From NCBI GenBank assembly GCA_021432655.1, contig MU271585.1, positions 1 to 32,700 on the forward strand: 32,700 bases of DNA. The letters are read 5' to 3'. Both the position numbers and the translations under genes were made by a program. Below are positions 11,234-23,927 of this stretch, in pieces. This DNA comes from Atractiella rhizophila. Taxonomy: Eukaryota. Below the pieces are notes generated by a model. It was given only the letters and a program-made list of their open reading frames with translations. It had not been told where the DNA came from and did not search any database. Every line of letters begins with the position of its first letter. Positions within the stretch are counted from its first letter, which is position 1.

Positions 11234-12439
11234 TCAACCATCAAGGTACCCGTTCTTCTCTAGGAATTTGTCAACTCCCGCTTTACCCCATCCGCCTTGG
11301 AATCCAGTCGGTGAATGCCTACCGACCCCAGAAGGCTCTAAGTCGACTTCTAAGTATTTCTTGTCGCTATTCCCAAAGTAGTTCTTGAGATGCCGTGAAT
11401 CCGGTGAGAGGATGAGCATGTCCACTTTCGTCTCCGCCCTCCGGTGTCCGTGGACATTCGCCCACAGCGGCCGTGGTTGAGCCGAGTTGGAGTTTCGATC
11501 CCAGAGATCTCGCGCGGCAAGAGGGAGAAGGGGACGACCGTCTGCTTCGTCGTACCGGGATGGAGTTGGTGGTGGTGGCGCTGGAGGCGTTAGTTGTCCT
11601 TGGGGACGTAGGCGAGTGAGAAGGGAGGGGGCTGGAGTTGACATGGATCGTAATCGTGGAGGACGGGAGTCTGGGATATCGTCTGTTGGTGAAGGGTCAG
11701 GGAGAGGGAGAGATGGGTCGGAGTCGGAGGAGGGGAAGTGGATTTTGGTCACTCGAGGCTTGGAGAGGATCCGACTGTTGGATCGTCCGATTACAAAGTC
11801 AGTGTTGGCCCTGCCCCCTTTCTTTCCCAAATCCTCAGCTCCTGGACAACTCATAATCCGACTGCGTCCTAGAAGCTCGAGAACTGTCGCTTGAGGAACA
11901 TGGAGTTCTGGACTTCCGATTGATAGGGTTTCCGAGATTCTACTCAGGTCCCGTTTGTGAGATAGATGACCGCTCGCGGTGGTACTGCTGCTCGCGTTCG
12001 CTTCTCCCAAGATGGAGGATTCGTGCATCGAAGAGTCGGTGAAAAACGAAGATGCCGCTCGAAGCCCTCCAGACGTGAAGGTGGCGTCTTCTTCAGGGGA
12101 GCTCCTCCCTCCTCCCTCTCTGTCCTGTTCGGCTTCAGCGTCTTCTTCTTCCATCTCCCGCCTCCATTTCCTGAAACTCATTCCATCCGGACTAATAGCT
12201 CGATCCATCCAATTCGAAACCGGATTCCCGTTCGCCTTCAATGCTTGGTTTGCCGAAAAGCTCCTAGGAGGTCCGTTGGGTCGTCCCCTGTCGTGTTCCC
12301 ATACCAGCACTCCGCGATTGCTCCTCCTGGCTACTGAATTGGCGGTGAAGTCTTCGCTGTGCCGTCCTCCCAGCGCGGGGATGGGTGGATTATCGTTCTT
12401 GGATCCATCGGAGGCTACACGTCGATTGGAACGCGACAT
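11234..12439 (-). CDS. Hypothetical Ser/Pro/Arg-rich, largely disordered protein; true 5' exon probably near 12614-12809
   Basis: 401-codon ORF whose frame stays open upstream to a plausible acceptor at 12550. No domain recognised. Confidence 0.65.
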   Translation of the reverse strand: MSRSNRRVASDGSKNDNPPIPALGGRHSEDFTANSVARRSNRGVLVWEHDRGRPNGPPRSFSANQALKANGNPVSNWMDRAISPDGMSFRKWRREMEEEDAEAEQDREGGGRSSPEEDATFTSGGLRAASSFFTDSSMHESSILGEANASSSTTASGHLSHKRDLSRISETLSIGSPELHVPQATVLELLGRSRIMSCPGAEDLGKKGGRANTDFVIGRSNSRILSKPRVTKIHFPSSDSDPSLPLPDPSPTDDIPDSRPPRLRSMSTPAPSLLTRLRPQGQLTPPAPPPPTPSRYDEADGRPLLPLAARDLWDRNSNSAQPRPLWANVHGHRRAETKVDMLILSPDSRHLKNYFGNSDKKYLEVDLEPSGVGRHSPTGFQGGWGKAGVDKFLEKNGYLDG

Positions 12440-13564
12440 TCGACGGATAACTTTCCATGGGGACAGTTGTGGCGACCGTGAACGATGGGGAGAGACATCA
12501 CGATGGAGCCTGAGGAGATGTTTCGAATCATTGCTGCATCTTCTGGAGACTATATGAAAGAAAACACAGGAATTAGGTAAGAAGTAACGGGAATCAATGG
12601 ACTGAACAACTGACCGTCAAGTAGTGTAACTCCTCCAACTCATCCAACTCGTCCTCCTCCAAATGTTCTCTAAACCTCGACTGTTTCTTCCCCATCAGCT
12701 TGGGAGGGAGTTGAGCGGCCAAGAGATTCGCTTTGAGAGCTTCGATGAAGGTATTTGGATCCCTGCCATTGACAGGGATCTCGAGAAAGGATCTCCCATT
12801 ATTCTTCATGATTTTGATTATTTTGTAGATTTTGAGCGCAACTATGCGCTGTTGTTGGTCGTCGAGGATAAAGGGAGTTCAGGCTGGATGCTGGCTGGAG
12901 GCGTGAGGCTGTCGAATGAGATGGAGCTAGAATGTAGATGACGGTTGAAAAGGGGCAGTCAGCGCAATTAAGGTTCAGATTGCCGATTGGCCACGCGACC
13001 AGATCTAGCACAAAATAGAAACAAACTGAGCACGTGCCCGTCGCTATCTGCTTTTTTCGGAAAATGACGCCTTTCTGATGAGTGCCTTAATATGTGGTAG
13101 TATACGCACATACATATTTCATTCATATCTTCAAGCCGTCTTGGCCCGTCTTAACCTGAGTCTTAGCGCAGTTCCTGTTAGGCTAGTCATTGCTCAAACT
13201 GCTTGATACAGATGATTTCTTTCTTTCGACATGACGTCAGTTGGTGCTGTTCACTGTTGGAGCTTGGAGGACAAGGTGCTTGGATCAAGGTATCAGATGC
13301 TGTAATCACTTCAATTCAAATCCCAACATGGAGCATTATCGAAACATCAATGCACCGCCGATTTTAACTTTCATCACCTCCTTTCAACGCAATAACGAGG
13401 AGAGTTCCTGGAGCACTTTATCGTTGCCCCGATGCTGACGTAGAGTCGAATAGAAGTGGGAGCAACGCATCGGAAGCACTTTGCCCCGTTTTAGTGAAGG
13501 GAGGGTCTGATGATCAGCAGCGCGGGAGCTCTGGTTTTCTGTCAACATATCAGCTGATGGTTGT

Positions 13565-16291
13565 CACGACCGAAGGATATGTTCCCTTCATCTCGTCAAT
13601 CATCGTTCGGCCTCGCCCCCGTACTAGCCCTCGGCGGTTCTCCAATTTGAAGCTCGTTTGAGCACGACTCTGGAATAGGAGCGTGCACGATCTGAGTTGA
13701 AGAGCGTTTGTCAACTCGATCGAAAAACCACCAAACTGCCCCAATCGGCGAAAGACTTCAAAAAACTAGCAAGTTGAAAGCGTGCCTTCTCATCGTGAGG
13801 AGATTTGAAGTCGAAAACGATTTTTCGTAAAGAAGGAAATGAGGACCTGTCGAACGATGTCCGAAATGCGTCGAGAGGGATCAAATCTTCAACCTTCTCT
13901 CCTTGGCCCAATTCACAATGCAAGTTGACAACGACAAGCTCTAGACTTTGCGAGTTCCAACCTTCAAACGCTTGGCATTGACTCTCAAACAAGCTCGAGA
14001 GAGCGGAGAAATCGACATAGCTAACCAAAGATCCTGTGTATACATCCCACTGAAAGTAACGCAACGTCGTTGGGAGGCGCAAAGCAGTGATCCAGAGTTG
14101 ATCGGACAGAGGCAACTGAACGGCGGAACCATCAGAGCCGAGAATCAGACTCTCAAGGCATGGTGCACGGTACCGAAGGAAAGAGGATATAGACGGAACG
14201 TCGTCCTTGGATTGTCGAGGATGCCATGCCGTGATACCTCGAGTAAAGGACAGAACAATTTCCTTCAGATAGGAGTGCTTCGAACGTGATAACAACCCTT
14301 GAAAGATTGCTGTGGCCGTCGAATTGTGAACGTGCAAACTCTTCAGACGGTTGCTAAACCTGCATTCGTTTCCGAGAATTGAGTCAAAGCTTTCGAGGTC
14401 GACAATCCACTCTTGTATTGACAAGTGGTCAAGTAATGGGTGGATGGCAGCAAAGCGAGCAAAATCTTCAAATTGCCAAATGACCCCAAAAGCGTAGAAC
14501 GACCTCAAGCTGGGACAAGACGTGCTGCAAAAGGCTTCCGCCACCGAAGGCGGTAAAGCCATCACGCATAAATGTTCGAGTTGGGGAAATCTCGCGATTC
14601 TGGATACTACCGAAACAAAGTCCGGATCGATCATGGTAAGCTTTGCTTTCCCTTCCTTGTAAGCGCAGGACGCGTTCAGCTTGATGAGCCTGATGTACAT
14701 GCTCAATGTCTCGTGAGGCGACGTAAGCAATGCCAAAAGCGTATCCGGCTTCGAGCTCGAGCTCGGGAGCCACGTTTTATCGTAGAGAATAACTTTTCTT
14801 GAGCGAAAGTACTCGGACCGTGACAGGTGTAAGAATAATCGGCAGACACGGCTACAGATCAGCAACGTAGGGTTGTCGCCAGAAAGTTTCCTTATAATCC
14901 GCTCGAACATTTCGTTTGGAAAGACATACACGACCGAAGGATATGTTCCTTTCATCTCGTCAATCATCGTTCGGCCTCGCCCCCGTACTAGCCCTCGGCG
15001 GTTCTCCAATTTGAAGCTCGTTTGAGCACGACTCTGGAATAGGAGCGCGCACGAGCTGAGTTGAAGAGCGTTTGTCAACTCGATCGAGACACCACTAAAC
15101 TGCCCCAATCGGCGAAAGACTTCCAAAAACTATCAAGTCGAAAGCCTGTCTTCTCATTATGAGTCGATTTGAAGTCGAAAACGATTTTTCGTAAAGAAGG
15201 AAATGAGGATCTGTCGAACGATGTTCGAAATGCGTCAAGACAGATCAAATCCTCTACCTTCCATCCTTGGTCCAATTCGCAATGCAAGTTAACAACGACA
15301 AGCTCTAGACTTTGTGATTTCCAACCTTCAAACGCTCGGCATTGGATCTCAAATAGGCTCAAGCGAGGGGAGAAATCGATATAGCTAACCAAAGATCCTG
15401 TGTATATATCCCACTGAAAGTAACGCAGCGTCGTTGGGAGACACAAAGCAGTGATCCAGAGTTGATCGGACAGAGGCAACTGAACGGCGGAACCATCAGA
15501 GCCGAGAATCAGACTCTCAAGGCATGGTGCACAGTACCGAAGGAAAGAGGATATGGACGGAACGTCGTCCTTGGATTGTCGAGGATGCCATGCCGTGATA
15601 CCTCGAGTAAAGGACAGAACGATTTCCTTCAGATAGGAGTGCTTCGAACGTGATAACAACCCTTGAAAGATTGCTGTAGCAGTCGAATTGCAAACACGCA
15701 AACTCTTCAGACCGTTGCCAAACCTGCATTCGTTTCCGAGAATTGAGTCAAAGCTTTCGAGGTTGACAATCCACTCTTGTATTGACAAGTGGTCAAGGAA
15801 TGGGTTCATGGCAGCAAAGCGAGCAAAATCTTCAAATCGCCAAACGACCCCAAAAGCGTAGAACGACCTCAAGCTGGGACAAGACGTGCTGCAAAAGGCT
15901 TCCGCCACCGAAGGCGGTAAAGCCATCACGCACAACTGTTCGAGTTTGGGAAATCTCGCGATTCTGGATACTACTGAAACAAAGTCCGGATCGGTCATGG
16001 TAGGCTTTGAATTCCCTTGCTTGTAAGCGCAAGACGCATTCAGTTTGATGAGTCTGATGTACATGCTCAAGGTCTCATGAGGCGACGTAAGCAATGCCAA
16101 AAGCGTATCCGGCTTCGAGCTCGAGCTCGGGAGCCACGTTTTATCGTAGAGAATAACTTTTCTTGAGCGAAAGTACTCGGACCGTGACAGGTGTAAGAAT
16201 AATCGGCAGACACGGCTACAGATCAGCAACGTAGGGTTGTCGCCAGAAAGTTTCCTTATAATCCGCTCGAACATTTCGTTTGGAAAGACAT
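13565..16291. repeat. Direct tandem duplication, period 1364 bp (13565-14927 and 14929-16291)
   Basis: CACGACCGAAGGATATGTTCC starts at both 13565 and 14929. TTTGGAAAGACAT ends at both 14927 and 16291. The offset is constant, so there is no net indel. Confidence 0.97.
13711..14967 (-). CDS. F-box-like protein, copy B, with a non-native N-terminus (MIDEMKGTYPSVVY) derived from copy A's 3' flank
   Basis: Intact ORF, about 38 amino-acid differences from copy A over ~404 aligned residues (manual count). First in-frame ATG is at 14967; the frame is open to 15126. Confidence 0.65.
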   Translation of the reverse strand: MIDEMKGTYPSVVYVFPNEMFERIIRKLSGDNPTLLICSRVCRLFLHLSRSEYFRSRKVILYDKTWLPSSSSKPDTLLALLTSPHETLSMYIRLIKLNASCAYKEGKAKLTMIDPDFVSVVSRIARFPQLEHLCVMALPPSVAEAFCSTSCPSLRSFYAFGVIWQFEDFARFAAIHPLLDHLSIQEWIVDLESFDSILGNECRFSNRLKSLHVHNSTATAIFQGLLSRSKHSYLKEIVLSFTRGITAWHPRQSKDDVPSISSFLRYRAPCLESLILGSDGSAVQLPLSDQLWITALRLPTTLRYFQWDVYTGSLVSYVDFSALSSLFESQCQAFEGWNSQSLELVVVNLHCELGQGEKVEDLIPLDAFRTSFDRSSFPSLRKIVFDFKSPHDEKARFQLASFLKSFADWGSLVVFRSS

Positions 16292-16408
16292 TAGGATCCG
16301 ATAAGCGCAAGGGACCTGTTTCCCGCAGAGCGTGAATGGGACGAAGATTCAGTTGCGAGAGATAGAAGACATACCGCCTGATGCAAAATTCTGATCGCTA
16401 CGCCCCAT
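15075..16408 (-). CDS. F-box-like protein with RNI/LRR-like C-terminal region, copy A (exons 16408-16375, 16315-15075)
   Basis: ATG 16408 plus intron 16316..16374 (GTATGT..CTGAA..CAG) gives MGRSDQNFASGGPLRLSDPNVFPNEMFERIIRKLSGDNPTLLICSRVCRLF, an F-box-like pattern. It is followed by LxxLxL repeats (KLEQLCV, SLRSFY, LKSLRV, LESLIL, SLRKIV). Confidence 0.75.
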
Positions 16409-17874
16409 GTGGTCTTACGATTTAAGACAAAAACAAAACATCGTTCCCTTCGACTTTTATCAATCTTTCTCTCTCGCTCAGGCGGTCGCTCCGGTTACAG
16501 AGATGGGTGGTTGTCTGTTGCCCCCTTCCTTTCCTCATCCTCACATCGGCACCCACAACTCTTCCTCGGTCGTCGGCCTGCTTTGGCGCGGTGTCGATTC
16601 CGAGGGGAGGAAGTGTGTAAGCAATGAGTTCAATCAACAATTCCTCAGTCTCATTCTTAAGGTATTCTTTTGATAAATAGGCAAAAGGAGCTCTGGCGGA
16701 AAAGAAGAGCTTAACGTCGATAGCTTTACTCGCATTCCGATTCAGAGCAAGTAGGAGCCATCAGCTAAGAAAGCACATTGAAGCTCTATAACATCTAGTT
16801 TCTGTCAGAATGTAGATGCTGACAGTTTGAGTCATTCTTCATGAATCAAAGATGATCAAACGCTCTAAGGACTCACGTACGAAATAGAGATCATCACTGA
16901 AACGAGAGAGTGACACCAGTCCTCCAAGCAAGCTATTTATCAATTTTTTGGTCGTAGGTCAAGCATTTGCCGTGGTCCTCTTTTCGCGATGCACTCCCTC
17001 ATTCGGAGCGCAAAGTTTGGCAGCATACGTTTCTTACATCTCGTCGAAGCCAAAATTCTGAATGCGCTAGCAAACCATCATATTCCTGCTTTATTTAACA
17101 GGTCAAGTTGATAAGGTATCTTGCCATCAGCTACCAGCTTTTCGAACAGGTTATTCAATATTTCATTTCATTCGCATTGAACAGTAACAGGAAACAGTTA
17201 GAGAGATGGGAGGAGTAGATGATGTGTATGTAGGTTAATTTAAAAAACCGATTCATCATCCCCTAAGACTGTAACAGGGGACTTTGAATGGTTGTTCAAA
17301 TAAACAAAGATGGAGATGCTGTGACATGGAACAACGGACTTGAATGAAGAAGAAAGAGGATCTGTTAGCAACTTGTCAAGGCAACAAGAGTCCACTTCAA
17401 ACGACAAATTCGAAATAATACCGTAGTGCAATGACAAGTCTTCGATCGAACTTAACACGACCATTCTATGGAAAGAGAGAAGAAAGAAGAGGTATTGTAG
17501 AGAAAAGCGAGGAAAAGGAATAACGAGATAACGAGACGGAATTGCTTCAGCGGGATGTCAGGGTATTTTTTTGGCCTTGGTTTGAACTGGGAACAGAAGA
17601 AGAAGAGATGAAGCGTCCGATACGAGAGAGGATAGAGAAAAGGAAACAAAAACAAGTAAAAACGACGGTAATTCTGTAGTTCAATGTACTTAGAAGATGG
17701 AAGGGGAATGAAATGATGTTTGTGTATCTTGCACGGTTTGAATATATTCAGGAGAACGTAAATAATTTCGGTTGAGAATGAGGCGTAGTGTTGGTTAGAC
17801 GAAGCTGATAATTTAACAATGTTCCTGAAACCGTTTTTATTTCTTCTCCCGCATGACAGCTTTACCTTCCGAGA

Positions 17875-20800
17875 CTACTCGTGGTCTGGTTGAGCCGTTT
17901 GTTGTGACTGAGAAGACTGAATCGACATGGCGCTTAAGCTTTGACCAACCTCTTCGACTGACGGAAGTCGCGGTATTGACATCGAAACGGATGTTTCCGA
18001 CGCATGATGCTGATGATAACCTCTCCCGGTTCCTTGATTGATCATAGTCTGTGCGGCACTGTAGGATCTGGGTTTGCGCAAAGCACTCATGCTTGCCCTC
18101 GACTGGACGGGACTGCTGTTCTGGGAGGCGGAAAAGATGGGAGAGTAGGGCTGTTGAGGGGTTAAGCCCGCCGAGCGGGGTGACCATGAACTGTAAGGAT
18201 CCCAATATCCTCCATACGTCGGGCTTTGAGTGTGGGTGGTGATCGAAGGGTTGCACGTCATTGGATACTCCATCGTATCTTTCGCATACTTGTTCTTGGC
18301 GTAGCTTGGTGCGTTGAAAATGGCCTTGATATCTGGCGTTGAAGATGCCTTGCCAAGTCCGCGCAGTTTGGCGTCTGGTACTTTGAAAGCTTCAGGTGTC
18401 TCTGCTAAACCCAAATTCGAAAATGCTACCATTGAGATCGACAAGGGAACATACCAGGGACAGTGGAGGACAAGAGCTTGCTATTGAAATAAGGGAAAGA
18501 ATCCGCAAATGAATCTGAACGTGGTCGGCTCCCAGGATACAGGTTGATCTGGTCTCTGGTTACTCAACTATGGGAAGAAGAGGGGACAGCGCCTACATTC
18601 AAACTGAGCAGGAACTCCTCAATAATCTCTCTCGCTGTCGGTAGTAGATCAGTGTTGCTCCTGTTGAGGTGAAACCGAAGGACGGTCTCATCACCGCCAC
18701 CAGATCGATCGACTGATGGTAAGACGGTGATATTGAGGTCTTTTTTGATCCGATCTGTCAACGCCACGAAATCTGAGGAGAAAGCGAGCGAGGACAATTC
18801 CGCGCTGTGCGGCAAGCGTAATTCGGCTTCGAATGGTACCCAAACCTGTTCAACATCCGTTATTTCCTGAGTAGGGAGGAAAGGGGGATGAACCCACAAG
18901 AAGCATCTGAGCGGCGATGTGAACCTGGGTTTCAGGGCCGAAGATTGTAACTATATCACTCGCTGACTCCTTGTTCGGGAAACGAATCAAGCTGTTTGTT
19001 CTCGTCTCGATGTCGCGAAGGAAAATGTTCTTCTCCCCCACCAACACTCTATGGTACCTTCTCGGGATCGACAGAGTTTCCACGACGAAATCCTTGTCCT
19101 TCGGCCCGACCATCTCCATAACTGCAATTTTGAGATTTTCGAGGTTGACGGCATTCTTAGCTGGCGTTCTGGCGACAACGTTGTCCTCGTTATTAGTATA
19201 GCCACCAAGATTTGCGAACTCTTCAGCATTCGAAAACTTGACGTAGACACCGTATTTCTTCATGATGCGCTGGATATTCTTCCCTCCAACGCCAATGATT
19301 CGCTTGTGATAGGTCTCCGGAACATGGAACGAGATCTCGGCTGGGAGCTCTTCTTGCAACATCGTGAGACCTTGAAGGACGGAGGCGTCATTGCCAGCGA
19401 CGTCGATGAGGAAGTTGTAATCATTGAACGTTTCAAACTTGACCTTGACGTCCGATGTCTTCATGATCTTATTGATCTTTCCGTTTTTCTTTCCACTTAT
19501 GAACTCCCGCTGATCGTTAGCAAGTTCGAGCTGAAACTTGATCTCATGATGGAAGTTCTGATCAAACTCCTTAGTGGTTCTGTATCGTAAGAACAGGAGA
19601 CAAACAAACCTTGATGAGATCAAACTCGAGGATCATTTGAACGGCAGCTCTGACTTCGTGATCCATCCCATGCAATTCGAAGCAGTTCGTCTTGAAGACC
19701 ACTTCGGCACCGGTCGACATCGCTATGCGTTTCAACAGCGCTGGAACCTGTGACGGATTGATAGTAGGGGAGGGCATGAACATATCGAAGGAGATAGGGA
19801 GGAGCCAGAAGGAGGCGACGTAGTATTGGCACGCCTACCAGACAAATTCCATTCATTAGTGAAAGCTGGAGATAAATAGAGGGGAACGCACAAGCTGCAT
19901 GATGAACCGTATCGTCCTTTCGATACTAGTTCTGTGATCTCCAAAGACCGAAATCACACTAGTCTGGCTTCCAAGTACTGGGAAATGGACGAAAGTGCCG
20001 TTATCGTTCATCGCCTGTTTGATATCTTCCAATCGATCGGTCAAGATCCAATCTAGCTTCCTAGGAAGGAGTGCAGTGTCCCTTGAAATGATGCACTTGC
20101 TCTACGTGACATTGAACCAATCAATGATCAACTCCACCGAAACGAAATAGGATACGGACCTTGTGCAGTGAAACTTGGAAAAGCATATCCCTGGCGCGTT
20201 GAACGTTAAAGAACTCTCCAGTGATGAAGATGAAGTTCTGCTTCGCCGCTAGGCTGGGATGAAGGTTTCCGAACACGCCAGAAAGGGCGTGGGGAGGTAA
20301 ATGTTGGTGGCAGTTTCCTCTTGTATCGTCTGGATCACGCATCTTCTACGACCGGCAATGATGTTGTGAAGCTTGAAGTCGATCTCGCACAATTCCGAAT
20401 GCAGGCCGCTCTGTTATTCTCCGACATCAGCGGATGATCAAAAGGAAGGGAGAAGCTAGGAAGGAGACGAACCAGTTCATCGAGGAGGACGAGAAGTCTG
20501 ACCCTGGCTTGCTCCACGCTCTCATAAGACCCAGTGATGACGATCTCGACGTTCCTCTCGGCCTCAAAACCGAATCCGACAGCAGCAGAATTCGACGCAA
20601 CACTACCGACGATGGCGAGATGAGATTTGGTGAGCGAAGCGATATCGTCCAACTTTCCCCTCATCTCCGCCCTCACATTATCCTTAGAATCCAGCACCTC
20701 ATTCCTCGGCACCTTCACCGTACACTTCCTCTTAAACGGTGCTTCTCTCATCAACGCTCCCCTAGCGGACATGACCTGATTATATCCTCCAGAGAGATTA

Positions 20801-21426
20801 AAATTCCAACCGGCTCCGCCTTGAGCTATGCCATGGGAATTCTTCTCCGTTCCAGCCATCCCTCCAACCTTCTCCACCTGGATCAAACACTGATGACTAG
20901 CCATCACCTCCTGCGCGAGGGCCTTCAACGCCTCACCCACTCCCACCGGATTTGCCACCGCCGCCATCTCCACTCCACTCCCCCCAACCACGCCAAAGGC
21001 TCCAGCAGCGGCGGTGGTAGTGGCGCTCGTTCCAGTGAGCAAGCTGTTCGAACTCGTGGTCGTCGTCCCCACCGTGCTGGCGGACGAAGCGGTCGAATGC
21101 CGGTTCGGGCTCCCGTGTGACCCCTTGATTCCGGCAGTGTGCGGGGGCGAGGTGTTGGTGGAGACGGAGTGAGAGGGAGAGTGACCTGTGCCCGTTCCTG
21201 CGCCGATGACGGAGGATGCGACGGAGGGACTATCGTTCGAGGTGCCGTGGCCGCCGGATATGGAGGAGGCGCTGGTGGTGGCTGTTGGAATGCCAGGAAC
21301 GCCACTGGGGAGGGCTGAGGTGGAGGCGGATGATTGGGAGAGGTCGAAGGAGGGTGTGGGTGAGATAGTAGGGAGCGAGGAGGGAGTGGAACGTGGAAGA
21401 CAGAAAGAAAGCGTGTAGATGTCCAT
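17875..21426 (-). CDS. Multi-KH-domain RNA-binding protein (fungal Mug60/YLL032C-like family), multi-exon
   Basis: ATG 21426 gives MDIYTLSFCLPR. KH motifs include EFISGKKNGKINKIMK, FHVPETYHKRIIGVGGKNIQRIMKKYGVYVKF and SIPRRYHRVLVGEKN. S/T-rich N- and C-terminal regions; successive ORFs are linked by GT-AG introns. Confidence 0.85.
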
Positions 21427-23927
21427 CTTGCTTTTCGCCCTCGATACAATCGTCAAGTTACCTATCTCGGCACTCCGTTAGTCTGCTTCATCTCGGGGAG
21501 AGGGGTGGATGCCGAAAGGACCTACCGTTTATTGGTGTATGGAGGTGAGAATGAAATCTGTTTTGATTTGAGGAAGAAAGAGAAAGAGAAGGAATGAGAA
21601 GGACTAAAAAGCCAATAGTCGACTATTTCTTTTTATGGGCACAGGTGATTCCCTGTTCGTAGTGGTTGAAAGTTGAAAGAGGATACTGAACCGTGGCTTG
21701 CTTTGCGAACGAAGACAGAACGCGGGACACGGGAGGGAACGAAGGGGGAGTGGAGGGAGGACGAAAGTTGTTGCTCGTTGCGATTGAGGATAGGCGGGAC
21801 GATGGATGGATGAAAGGCTGGAGAAGAACGACGATATGAAAGACGGGTATATCGATCAATCAAGGGAACAGTCTCGAAGTAGTTGAAGAACCTATCCAAC
21901 AATCAAACAAATACAGTTTCCTCTCCAATCTCTCGTTCCTCTCGTGAACCGCAAATCGGACCTCCTTTCGTGGTTGGCTTTGACGATGTGAAAGGTTTCG
22001 GATACCGATGGAATGGATAACGGCGATCGGCGTATCCTCTGCGTTTATTGAACTCCTAAATATTCGTGCGTGCTTTGAGGAGAGGAGGTTGGCGTTTAAC
22101 AATAAGATGTGATATGTAATTTGGGTGCTCCAGGAGGGGTAAGTTCAGGCTCCGTTTTCGCTCGATTCCAATATTCGATCCCGAATATGACGTTCTCGAC
22201 CCAAATTTTCCGTGCTAGCTCTCCGACTCAAACTGACTGAGGCTGAGATTGAGACTGAGACTGACTGGATGGGATGGTCGTTTTTATTCGAATCTGAGGA
22301 GAAGCGAGGGGAAAAAGGGATGAGATGGATTGGGAGAGGCCGGAAATGGATAGGGGGATGGTGGTGTTCCAACAATAACGCGCACCCGAACCCGAAAAAA
22401 CAGCCTGCGCACGTCACGCCGTCGCAGTCCACAGTCACTCCTCTGCTTCCAATCGCACCAAGGAACAGCAGGACGACTCACCGTGAGCTGGAAAGCTGAC
22501 ACTTGAAAAGGGGGGAAGGGACGATGTCGGACCAGAATACCGGTATGTCTTTCGCCCTAAGTTAAACGTCAAAAACTGGAATTGACGCTTCCACCTCTTT
22601 TCTCGTTCGTTCCTTTCGTCGTATGAGGCTCTGAAGACGTGAAATGGGAGGGAAGGTGTGTGGTTGGGAGTTGAGGTTGGAAAGAGATGGGGGTACTGGA
22701 AATCGGTGATATCTTGTCAGTCCTGGTGGTATCGGGATATCTTTTTCTCTTCCCCTCTCGCTCCGCTCTTGCTCTGGCTGGGAATGTTATGAGAAAATAC
22801 TATAAGCTAATGTAATGATGGTCAGATGCTAGATTGAGGGAGTTGGTGGTTGGTGGTTCTTAGGTTCTCGTTTGTCAACTGTATCGCCTGTTCGTGTTTA
22901 CGTTTAAGCTACGGCACCGTTCTTGCTCGTGATAGTGATATGTCTTGTAATTCTGCCATTTCTCATCTCAAGCCTCTTATGTCTTTCCCCTCCTTATTTC
23001 CTGCCTTACACCCACTTCACAGGGGCCACAATGCTACCATAGGACATGAGATTGGCTCAAATGCTTCGGAGATTTACCTTGGATTTACCTGGTCTTCAGC
23101 ATTGGGCGTTTCGGATCTGCTTCGTTTCCCATGCTCCTGATCTGCCTGCTTGATCTCCTTTGGTTTCCAGGAGAAATGCGGGTTTCCTGAAGCGCAGAGA
23201 GAACTGGAAGGACAACAGGAAGGACAGGAAGGAGTGAATGGATAAGTTTCCGTGTTGCGAACCTATCGTGAAATGAAACAATCTCGATTTTTCCGAGCGA
23301 TTCAAGTGGCCATTCATGTTTGCATTTGGCAGTGGGTAATTGGAGCGAGGGTTGCTGAGCTGAGGAAGTCAACTGGTGGAGTGCGACTTCGAATGAGTCG
23401 CCATGCAATTCCAAGGTCACAGATTTTTTTAACCAGGAGATTCGGTCTTGTGAAACCCCATGCTCACTTGCATGGTTGCAGCTAAAGCAAAGCCTTTCAA
23501 GTCCATCTCGCCCGTTCCCCTTTATAAGCTATAAGCTATAAGACTTGGCCGTATACTTGATAGTCTCGCCACAAGCATCCGAGCTGGATAAGCGATACCA
23601 AGGAGGACCCCATCCAAAATAATATCGAGACAAGAAAAGCGAGCAAAGCCGAGGGTGCTTCGGGCGGAAACAACCTGCGGCATCTGCGGGGACTGGCTCA
23701 CTGAAACACTCAAACTGAACGACGATCCACCTGCAATCTTCGAATCCAAACCAAGAAACAACCAACTATCTCCAGCCAGCCGTCTCACGCTCCCTTCTTA
23801 TCTCTCGTATCCATCTCCCTTTCCACTTCGCACTTCGAACCCTTTCGACGCCTTCGTCCTACCAAGGAAACCAGGAAACGAGCACGAGCACACGAAACAA
23901 TACATAGAGTCATCCGGGGGCAGGGAC

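Noticed and set aside
13550..13744. Apparent third F-box copy fragment (64-aa ORF)
   Set aside because: It is only the 3' flank of unit B. Similarity stops at 13565 and no F-box sequence follows.
13565..16291. Direct repeats read as LTRs or a transposon
   Set aside because: The units abut with no internal region, target-site duplication or transposase/RT motifs.
20434..21449. 228-aa plus-strand and 174-aa minus-strand alternative ORFs
   Set aside because: Shadow frames of the GC-rich first exon of the KH gene.
21430..23650. Short ORFs and simple repeats (GACTGA-like ~22235, GGAAGGACA ~23210, TATAAGC x3 ~23523) between the divergent KH and RhoGAP genes
   Set aside because: Low-complexity UTR or promoter sequence; no evidence for coding or array function.
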